DNA of 64,000 bases. Source: Ramazzottius varieornatus. Taxonomy: Eukaryota > Animalia > Tardigrada. Below are positions 12,155 through 22,741 of the stretch, piece after piece. The translations under genes and the position numbers were made by a program. Every line of letters starts with the position of its first letter. Position 1 is the first letter of the stretch. Under the pieces are notes generated by a model. The model searched no databases and had not been told where the DNA came from. It saw nothing but the letters and a program-made list of their open reading frames with translations. Location: assembly GCA_001949185.1 (NCBI GenBank), contig BDGG01000009.1, positions 1,839,874 to 1,903,873 of the forward strand, in the 5' to 3' direction.

Positions 12155-15100
12155 ATGAGTGGGATCAGTAGCCCCTCGTCTTCTTCCGTAAACCAGCTGA
12201 GGTTCGATCTGAAACGTATGAGGGAAGACAAGGAGTTTTGGCAGGCGATGGCTAGTTCTCTGGAGCAAGATGTGCAGAACCTTAGTAAGTAAATAAATTA
12301 TCCACCAGCCTTTCGTTCGACGTATGGGAACTCGGCCAGAACGTTTCTCCAAGTGACGCATGCTCTCAGCCACTGTCACAGATATGTGCGCCACTTGGCA
12401 GATGATTGGCGGGCGTGGTATGTCAGCCGAGCTTCCAAATCTGACCGAAGGTAATTGGAAGACATTAACTATACCTAATTTGCTGCTTGATTTCAGCTAA
12501 AGATCTAGCCAAACTAGAAAAGCAGGACGATACACGAGACGCGGCTTTGGGTCGTCGTTTTGAGAGGGAAATTCTAGAATTGCGAGAAGCGAACGAGGGA
12601 CAGTCCCGTGAAATCCGTCGACTTCGGGGCGAACTCTCCGACCACACCAACGATGCCTTTCTTCTGGAAGAGAAAGAAAACGCCCACAGACGGTACGCGG
12701 ACCTGGAAAGCGAGTTAGCTGACAGTGAAGCTAGGCAGAAGAAGATGAAAGGAGAGAATGACGAGATGAAGCTGTTGATGCGCAACCTACAACGGGAAAG
12801 ACAAGATGGCCTGAACCATCTCAAGCGAGAGCTCGCTGAGCTGCGCGCTGCCGAGACTTCTTCTAAGCATACCATCGAGCTGTTACAGCGATCCGTTCGA
12901 GAGAGGATAGCCGAGGTCATCCAGACTGAGAACAGCAAGAATGAGGAAATTGCCAAACTCCTCAAGGACGTCGAAGAGAAGGAAGACATTATCAGGGCCA
13001 AGGAAGGACCGGAAATTCAACTAAGTATTCAAATGGCATGTCCGTCTCTGGTTATCTGTAGACGGAGGTCACATGTGTTTCTTGCAGGATTAGATTTCTC
13101 GAGACTGGAAGACGAGCACATGGCTCTCAGGCAACGACTTGAAGATCTTACTGCCAGTCTGCAAGTTGAAGAGGTAAAGTAATGCATTACTCGTATTATT
13201 TTCCTAGCTGTAAATGAAATGGTGGTAAGGTTCGATGAACGCAAACGAAAGAACGCACGTAAAAGGCAATGGATCTTGAACAGTCTTGAACGCTATTAGA
13301 AATTTCATACTTGTACGTGATGTTCGAGTACAAAATTGTTTGCCGAGAACAGAGAAAACTCTGTTCTCGGCAAACAAGCTCGACAATTGTGGTATCAAGT
13401 GGCGCACCCTTGCACTGTTATTGGCCGGGAGCGTGCGCGACTTGGAACGCGATCTTTTGAAGTTCGTTTGGCTATGTCCAAGTTTAGATGAGATTCTTTC
13501 GACCTTCCAGGTTGTCAGGCTGTCATCACAAACCGCAGTAGTCGGGCTTAGTTTTCTGCTTTCGTTTTAGGACGAACGAGCCAGGCTTGAGAGTGAAGTG
13601 GTTCGTCTTGAAACAGAAGCAGAGCAGAACGAGAAGGCTCGACAGACTTTACAGCAGTCCCTTGACGCGCAAAGCAAAGCGGCTCTCTCCACTTACGAAG
13701 AGCTAACCCAAATATCTGCCCAATGTCAGAAGAAAAGGGAAGAACTAGAGAGCACCGTGCTCGAGATTGCCGACTTGAAGGTGAGCAAAGGTTTCATTCA
13801 AGAAAAGACATACGGCACGTCGGCAAATGAATTGACCCAGATCATTTTTCCAAGCGGCGCATACTGTCAGCCAACAACAATGAAAGCGTGTGCCACTTGG
13901 AATAACGGTCTGGGTGAAATCGTTACCGGCGTTCCATGCTGAGTTTCAGATTTCCGGCTTTGCTATTCTCACTCATTCTTGTTAAAGGACAAAGTTGTAG
14001 CGTTTGAGGGAGAAGTCGTGCGGCTACAGGCTGAAATAAAGCAAAGCCTGGAAGCTCACCACAACTTGACAAAGTCTCACGAAGAACAAAGTGAGCTGCT
14101 GGCTAAGGTGCACGTGGAACTGGCCAAGCTGGTGTCGGTGTGCCAGCAGAACGAACAAGAGATGGCGGCTGCAGAAGCCAGCATCGAAGAGTTGAAAGGC
14201 GACAAGCAGCGCATGCAGGAGACGTACGAGAAGACAGTGCAGGCCATACAGTTGGAACACAGCTGCATGAAGGCCGCGCTGGCCCGGCGGGATGCCGAGA
14301 GGCTTCAGCGGGATGACCAGTTGAAGGAGCTGGAAAAGGCGCTGGACATGCTGAAGATGGAGAAGAATGCCGAGAAGGAGTTGAAGGAGAACGCCCTGTT
14401 GCGAGTCGAGGCTCAAGAGGAAGAGATAGCTGCGCTGAAACGCGAGCTGCTCTTGACGCACAACAGCCAAGATAGTACCGTCGGCCAACAAGGAGCAACT
14501 TGCCGACTGTCCAAGTGGTCGTCGCAACCAAGCGGTAAGTCCTCCTTCTTTTCTTCCGTTGTCTCAAACTGCTCTAACTGAAGTGTGTCTTCTTCAATAG
14601 AATTTGGCAGTACGGTCTTGCCTCAGTACGCCAGCCAGACGGAACTGGCATCTCCCAGCAGTCGATCCGAGAGTTCCTTTCGGGGGTAATGTCTCATGCA
14701 GTTAGTCTTTCAACCATCACCTAAGGAAATGGTGAGGCCGGCAACGAAAGATACAACAACGTTAATTCAAGTGGCGCAGGTCTCCATGGTCTCCATTAGT
14801 AGCTGGAAGAGAGTACTACTTCAGACAAAAAGCAAGATGGTCATTTGAAGTTGCGCTTTCTTTCAGTCAATAACAATGAAAACGTGCGCCACTTGTGATG
14901 GTCTGATACGATTCGTTTGCCGACCTGCCACGGTGTTGACGGTATACAGTGATTGTTTTTCGGTTCTCTTTACGCCGGCTTTCGTCGTCTAGGTCTAGGT
15001 CGCAGTTCTCACGTCTTTCCACTCTACACATCCCTAATCTGGACGAGGCCGACGTCATGGCAAGTGGCTCCATTCCCACCCGAAGTCTCGAGACCCAGTC

Positions 15101-15980
15101 TTCCCCCACCCCCAGAGCTCCAGCAGTTTCCAACTTTGAGCGAACGCGCACTGTTCGCTACAAATTCTTTCAGGATAGCCGTGAGATTTTGCCCAGTTTT
15201 TACTAACACTTGTTGGTCTAACAAAAGCTGAGCATCCCAATATATCCTTCCATCTGGATAGTTTGTCTTTTGTTGTAGAATTCCGCTATAACCAGGACAC
15301 GCCTACCCGTGCTCGAGAGCTTGCTAATCGCAACGCTCAACTTCCTCCCCACATGAAGTCAAGTTATCCCACGGAAATGACCACTTCCAACTGGCGCCAT
15401 TCCACTTCCAGCAACCAGCCAAAGGTAAAGTACATACGCAAGTTAACGAATCATCTGTATAGAAGGCTGTGAATGCTTATGTCAGATATCCTACACTAGA
15501 ATATGGCTAAATTGCATTTGCAGTTCGCCGAAGCAGTTCTGCAGGATCGTTTTCCAAGTGGCGCACTCTGTTGGCGGGAAGCAATGGGAATGTGCGCCAC
15601 TTGCTGAAAGCATACAACCTCGAGTTTTTTTTCCGAGGTCCTAGTCCATGGGTTTATTTACAGGTGGTACCCGAGACTCCGCCGAAGACTCCACCATCTT
15701 CCGGTACGGAGCTGATTAAGAAGACTTCTGCAGTGAAAGGCATTTTCCGTCGTTCCATCCACAAAAAGCGTCGCAAGGATGGTGAGAAAGGCCTAGCTAG
15801 TACTTCGAATGAGGGCTCGCCTGCACCGCGCCATGGTCCGCTGGTAAGTCTACCTTGGCGAATCGAGTAGTAGAAGAATAGACAAATGTGGAAACTGAAC
15901 TTCTGTTGCAGAAAGGCAAGCATAAACCAGCCGAAAGTTTTGAGATTTTGAATTCGCCCAAGAAGAAGAAGAAAATTTGA
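12155..15980 (+). CDS. NuMA/Mud-like coiled-coil spindle protein (spliced)
   Basis: Long coiled coil, then RARELANRNAQLPPHMKSSYPTE (compare NuMA RIAELQQRNRVCPPHLKTCYPLE) and terminal ESFEILNSPKKKKKI* (compare NuMA AFSILNTPKK). First clear ATG at 12155 (MSGISSPSSSS); upstream exons are possible. Confidence 0.75.
15556..15602. repeat. Intronic palindrome copy (NuMA-like gene), perfect 10-bp arms and 27-nt spacer
   Basis: AAGTGGCGCA ctctgttggcgggaagcaatgggaatg TGCGCCACTT. Confidence 0.9.
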
Positions 15981-16523
15981 ATGAATGACCACATCAATAA
16001 ATCTTCATCTGTTACAGAAGTGTCTTTTATAGTTTAAAGGCAATTTGGTTGTTTTTTTTGAAGTTCTAGATCTGTATCGAATGCGGAAGACAGCTGAGGA
16101 CTTTACATGACATTGTATCTTCCACGTATGAGACATATCATGGCTTTTAGTAGTTACTGTCTCTTACATTTGTAGGCCATCGATCACAGAGAAAAATATA
16201 GTAGTAGTTGACTAGGATGAAACTAGTTGAATTTCTCATGTAGTCTCAGTTTGGAGCGAGTGTTGTCTTGGAAATTCATGTTGCATTTATCCAGGACCAG
16301 TAGAAACCGTAGTTATTTACTTTCAGACCTACTTTGCCCGGCTTTAGCATAATATACTAATAATAGGTCTGAACCGATGTGGGTATCGTACTTACTAGTC
16401 GACCTTCTGTTTCCTTCCTGATGTAAGCCAGGATGGTTCTTCCTTTGTGCGAGGTACAAACGAATGCGAGAAGTGTTTGCGGTCATTTGCCTGTCGTAGT
16501 CGGAAGGTTGATGTAGGCCTAGC

Positions 16524-18352
16524 ATGCCCATGGAGCAGAGCTTGAGTGCTTCCTCCATAGCTTTACTTCTTGCGCGAGAAGAGAAGAAAAGGAACTGGAC
16601 GATAGCTGTCGTCATGTTGATGCTGGTTTCGGTCCTTGCCACCGTCTCCTCCCAGCTGAGCAACAAAGCGTTCACCGACAGTAGCATGAAGTTCCATGCG
16701 CCCTTTTTCTTCTTGATTATCAAAGAATGCTTTCGGATTTTCACATTTCCTGTTTACCTGCTGATCAGCACGTTTACGAGGAAGTGCCGGGGAAGACCCC
16801 TTCATCTACGTAAGACCGTACGGTATGAACAAGTCACTACTTCCCTGCTCAACTCTTTTGCTTGTGCAGACTTCCGCTGGACGATTGACACTGCTTTTTC
16901 CTGTGGTTTAGGCACTGCATGGACGTTGTCGGGGGAGAATGGACATGCAAGTCGGCCACTGTTACGTTCGTTCCCTCCGCCATCACTCTCTTACTGGCGC
17001 AGATCGGCTGGATTCTGGGCTTGGCCAACCTTCCTGTATCGATTGCCACCGCCATACTGTGTACTTCCGTTGCCATATCATACATATTCACCTGCTGTTT
17101 CCTGAAACAACCCTTCTTCCTTATCAAGGTTAGTGTTGATTCGAGCAAGGCTTTCTTTTTGGTCCTTCCGTCTTGGCACTTGGATCAATCGGCATACTGG
17201 GTTTTTTCATGGCCCGAGTTCTTTTCTGTTGCCATTTTAGGGAGCTTTTGTTTGTGTAGCTTTCGCCGGGATAGGATTGAACGCCTATGGACAGCTGGAG
17301 CATGACATGAACCGCAGCTCGGTTATCGGGATAAGCGCCACTGTGGTGGCAGCATTTGCCAACGCCCTCCATTTGGTAAGACTTGGTAAAGAAGCCAGCT
17401 TTTCTAACGGTGTCTATACTCCCCTAACAATGTCTAACTGGTCTTTTCGTAGTTAGCCTTCAAGAAGGCGTTCCCGCAGCTTGACCTTGGGCAGACATCT
17501 TTCGTCGTCTCCTGTCTTTTCCTGTTCAACTGCTTAATGCTATGGCCTGTACCTTTGGTACTCGAGCTGACGCGCATGGAGTCTTTCGATACCAACCTGA
17601 TGCCCTGGCCTATATTGATGGGAGCCTGGATATGCTCCTCATGTAAGTCATCGGTTCACTGGTAGTTCAAATTAATCGTCGGAGGTTGCGAATTAAGACA
17701 TTACGTGGATAAAGCAACAGAACCAGATCGTTAGCTGAAGTGGCGCGCGTTTCAGTGTTATTAACTGACAGTGTGCGCCACTTGGGAAAAGGATCTGGTG
17801 CAGTTCATTGGCCCACGTCTCAGTACGTATATTATTCTGCCCTTATACCGTAGTGGCAGCTGTGGCCACCGGATATGGACTAGTGGTCTCCACTCCGTTC
17901 TTCATGTCCATCGCGGAACTCTTGATTTTGATGGCAAACAGCGGTAAGTGTAGCCCTGTAGTCTTTGACGAACTATCGTACATTTTGGTGAAGTCCATAC
18001 AGTGCTTGAAGTCTTTGCTCCGTTGGCAGTGGTTGATGTTATGATTCGACAAGTGAAGACCCATTTGGCGCAAATAATCGGCATTGCACTCATCGGCGTG
18101 GCCTTTATTGTTCTAGTCGTCCCGGATGAGTACATGACGATGGGCAGACGCAAGAGTAAGGCGTCCGCCTCATCATCGCCTTCGCGGCCATCTGCTGCCG
18201 CGTCGGACGAGGAAGGCTCTTCCAAGCATTCAAACGATACGAACGGCTTCAAGGACGAACGGAATTTAAAACCGCCCGCTGCCAAAGTACGCCGAGCAAA
18301 GTCTGACCAAAACGTTCCTGGTAACGAGTCCATTGCCACACCACGGTACTAA
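16524..18352 (+). CDS. SLC35F3/F4-like EamA/DMT-superfamily membrane transporter, paralog 1
   Basis: Multiple hydrophobic TM segments. FHAPFFF..K and GLVVSTPFFMSIAELL..AVVD motifs. Homologous to 56281-58393. Confidence 0.78.
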
Positions 18353-18441
18353 ACCATCTCACGGCTTACCTGAAGGATCTTTTACGTTTCTAATGTCGAC
18401 ATAAACTATTGGCTAGAAAGTATCATCGTTTCAGTCAAGAC

Positions 18442-21420
18442 TCAAAAAGATCCACTTTGATCCACATGCGGATATTTTTCACAGAGGTTGAGGAAAATAT
18501 CGCTAGACTGTTCGCGCCTGACAATGTCACCGGCTTTATCGCACAAAAGTGCCATCCGACGTAGACAGCTCATCATCATTCTCACCGACGTGCAAACAGA
18601 AAAAGACTGAAGAGCTTGTTCGTAACAGTGCAGTGTACTCTTTGGTTCTTGAGCGATGACAGAGCCTTCTTCGGCAAGGAGCCCTCGCAGAAACCAAGCT
18701 CGTGCTTGGTCTGTCGGGTACTCACAGCCACAAAGGATGGGAAAGCAGACATCCAGGGCGTTTCTGGCTTGCTGTACTTGCTCTAGTCCCAGCCAGACGT
18801 AGGCCAGATGCAGCTGGACTTTGGCCTTCCATATCTCGTTCGGATGGTCCATCACTAGACCTGTACAGAACTCCAGTCAAAAACGCCAACAAGATGGCTG
18901 AGACAGCAGCAAATGAATAAAGCGAAGCCGTCATGTCAAGTGACGCACCGTGCCATTGTTGGTGGCTGGAAGCGTGCACCACTTATGATTAAACCATCTT
19001 GTCGAGTTTGACTGTTTTCCCCAGTGGTGCGCGTTTCCAGGGTTGTTGGCTGAGAATGTGCGCCACTTGAGAGAGCATTTTATAGGTTCAGTTAGTAGCA
19101 GATGTCACAGACCTCTACCAGTATCTGCTGAGCTTACTGTACCTAAGGCCTTCTGTAAGACTTGGAGGGCTTCCAGGAAACATGCAGTTTCTTGCAGGAT
19201 GGTAGCTTTAAGAAGGGAAATTCTTAGTTTGAGGAGCGTCGAAGTGGCAGGCAGACAGCGCAAATGCGCCGCACTACCCTCACAATTGTCCAGCATGCTC
19301 TGCAGCAGCTGCAGCGCCTTCTTCGGGCAGCACTCGTCCCAGAAGAGAAGTTCAGACTTTCTCAGAGAGGCTTCAACCAGGCTGATCTTGCTCATGTGAT
19401 CCACCAGAAGGTGACACAGCGCATAACCTTGCTGACCAAAGGCTCGGTCGTAGCGCCATACCAGTTCCGCCATTGCCCACACATGCCACTGGCCAAATTC
19501 CTCAATCGGAAGTACGTCAGTGCAGAAGTCTAGGAGAGACTGCAAGCTGCTTTCATCGTTAGTTCTGCAAGCCTGTTCGATCAAGACATTGGCGCTGACA
19601 GCCACGCCTTCCGTCACAACCGACAGTCCGTACACTTCGGCCCGAGCGAACAACTGAATACTGCCTTGAGCATAAATCGTTGCTATATCGTCGAAGCCGT
19701 ACATCTTCCACACGTTAGCTCGGTTGGCATACTGTTGGATGGTTATTCGATTGTCCAATTCAGGTGGGCTGACCTCGGCATATTCCAGATCTCTCAAGAC
19801 TTTGCTCAGCCCAGCTCCGACTAACGAGTCGAACTGAGCGGTCAAGGTAGCAAAGTCGGCGCTGATCTTTTGACCATCTCGAGCTATGTCAACGTTGTGG
19901 ACACCGCGAAAGAGCTTGTCGTACTGGTTGCTGTTGACTTCCACACAGGCTAGCCAGTACATGGCGCTGTTGAGCAGCTGTTTGTCGCCTCTCTCTTGGG
20001 CCAGGAAGATGCATTCTTTCAGGGACTGGACGGCCAGCTGGTGGTGACCGGCAGTGTAGTGCATGATGCAGAGGTGGAGACTACAGTCGCCAGACTGAAG
20101 TCCGCCGTTGCCCTCCACCAGCCACTTGCAATCGCTTTGGGCACTTTTAAGCAGGTCGTACTTACGGACCAGCTCTTCTCCCCGCACGTAATCTCGCTGC
20201 TGCATCGCTTGCAGGAATTCAACGTAAACACCTGCAAGACACTTTGTGAAACTTCCAAACAAAATATCAGAAACACCGTGCTTTGTTTATCGTACACTTA
20301 CATCCATGACATTTTCCGAAGAGAAGCTCGGGAAACAAACTCAACCAGACCACGTTCTCAAGTGGCGCACGCTTCCAACCAGAAGCACTGGAAACATGCG
20401 TCACTTGGGAAAACAGCCAAACTCGGTCGTATCATTTGCTCAAGTGGCGCACGAAACCAGTCTATAATACTGAAGAGGCACGCCGTCTGTGGAAACGATC
20501 TGGTTAAGTTGTTTGCAGAGCTCTAAAAGCTAAAAATAAACAGAACTGGATAGTGAGAAGGCTCACAAGTTTGTGAATTGATGCTTTACCGATAGCGGCG
20601 GAAGGTTCGGTCAGGGAGTCGTTGGTCTGTTTGTCCGTGACGCCGAGTAGATCGCTGGCAGCGATGGGATTCGACTGGAGCAGTTCCAGTTGCCACTCTC
20701 TAACATACTTGGTCTGAGCACCCGATGAGATGACCGGGACGGTATATGTATCCTCCAGCGCCTCAGTCTTTTCCATGAAGGAGGTGAAGTTACCGTACAT
20801 TTCATCCAGAGTCTGAACACCTCCGCTAAGGTACTCACTGAGGCAAGTACTGAATCGACACCAAGCGCCAAAGTCCATTTCGTCAAAGAGCAACTTGACT
20901 TTCCTCACGAACAATGCGCCGCTAGCATTCTCCATCTTCACAGACTCATTCACCTGTAAAGGCAGTAAAATTCCTATAATTCCACTTGATAGAATTTCGA
21001 AAGACTTTCCTTTACCTGAGAGAAATTCATCTCGGCATATCGTGAAATGTCATCGTGGTCCTCTCTTCGTAGCATCTCAATGACGCGTTTAACCAGGAGA
21101 AAATGTGGCTTGACAATGGCTAGTCGGATGAGACTCATCAAGGAGGTAAAGTCTCGTTGCGGAGATCGGCAGAGATGCTGCAGCGTCCGCAACGTGTCGA
21201 AGGTCTCCTTGGATGACATGCACCAGCAGAGCATGTCGATTCCATGACGGAGAAGGTAAGCTCGGCAGTCGTGCACCTCCTTGTCTTTGGCTGTCCCGCT
21301 CTTCGGTCCATCCCTGTCCTTCTGCAATTCTCGTCGACAGCGAAAGTACTCCGTAACTAAAACGGCTACTAGGAAGTTGTAGGGATGCAGCACCTCACCT
21401 TGTTCAGCGAAAGCATCCAT
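18442..21420 (-). CDS. ANAPC5: Anaphase-promoting complex subunit 5 (TPR-like)
   Basis: N-terminal LHPYNFLVAVLV, SGALFVRKVKLLFDEMDF, and APC5 domain LHLCIMHYTAGHHQLAVQSLKECIFLAQERGDKQLLNSAMYWL. Confidence 0.85.
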
Positions 21421-21643
21421 AGCCTGTTTCGGCCCCGCTCGACCGTCGGGATTCCACAGCCAGACTGAAAGGCTCTTACATCGACCAGTCTGCTTTCCGT
21501 TCACAGAACTCTCATGCCTCAGACCATGAGGAGTCCAGGACAGGGACAGAAATCTTGAGCAGAAATGGCGGAAACTTGGACTTCTGGAAGAGATCAGCGG
21601 TGGACGGGCAGTGCTCACTGCTCAGCTTGAAGGTTACGAGTAC

Positions 21644-22364
21644 TAGACCTGAGGAAGGTGTGGTGAAACCATACCACACCGAAAAAAACCACTCTTTTTG
21701 GTTTTGGTGTGCTTGAAACACCAAATCGAAAAATTGGTGTCCGAGTCACACCGAATTTGCCGTTTCGGTGTCTAGGAACACCGCATCACACCAAACCGAA
21801 AAACTTTTGGTGCACCAGATCTAATGAGCTATTCAGCTACCTTGGGCTAGATGAGTATCGCAAACTCGCTGTTTCGCCCCGTGGTTGATTCGACTAACTG
21901 TTGATTGTTTAAGCTGCGAAAATTCTATGTTTTAATGTAATGTTTTCCCTGACGTGATGTTTTCCCTGTCTTGTCAAAAATGGTGATTGACTTTATGTCT
22001 GTTTGCACTTCTTCGGTCCCCTCTGAGCGATGGTTTTCGCGTGCTGGTAAGGTCGTTACCAAGCCTAGAAGTTCACTAGATAGTACGACCGTGCAAGTTT
22101 CGATGTGTTTGAAATCTTGGTATTTTTTTGAATTTCCTACAGCGCAGTTCGATTTGTCGATGACGGATTAATAAATTGTGAATTCGCTCTTTGAAACTTT
22201 TTTCGGTTTTTCGATTCGGTTTGGTGTGGTGCCCCGAAAGAGTGGTGTCCGATCCACACCACACCGGTAAAAGTGGTGTGGCTTTCGCACCGAAAAACCA
22301 GTGTCGGTGTGGAGAAGCACCGAACCGAAAAACAGCACACTTAATCACACTTTTCTCAGGTCTA
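21644..22364 (+). mobile_element. Internally deleted hAT transposon retaining a hATC dimerization-domain remnant
   Basis: TIR TAGACCTGAGGAAGGTGTG / CACACTTTTCTCAGGTCTA. Perfect 8-bp TSD ACGAGTAC at 21636-21643 and 22365-22372. CACCG subterminal repeats. ORF 21971-22171 reads SSVPSERWFSRAGKVVTKPRSSL. Confidence 0.93.
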
Positions 22365-22741
22365 ACGAGTACTAATCATCGTTTGAGGAATCGATCAATC
22401 AACAGACAAATCCAATCAACCCATGTAATGGTTAGGTCGTCAGTCGTCACTGCACGTGACGACATCACATGGTGATTGCGTTATCGCTTAGTTCGGAAGA
22501 TTTTTTCTTCGGAAGACCCCTCTTCTTCCTCTGACGCCTCTCGTCTTCATGCAGACCGTGTCTGAGGCACTTACGTCGACTGTTAGGGGACACGGAGAGA
22601 AACCTCATCAGGTTTAAATGGTTTTCCGTATGTTGTAAGCCTGTATCAGCGCGGCACAACGTTAACAACCGCACTTCCGGTGTACGGTATGTTTGGATCG
22701 AGCACTGGCAGCTAGCGCCCAGCGCGAACTCTTCGTTGCAG

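Noticed and set aside
12285-12496. Introner (intron-creating element) interpretation of the palindrome
   Set aside because: Splice sites lie at variable distances outside the element and are not part of its consensus. I saw no exon-level TSDs. Not fully excluded without comparing orthologues.
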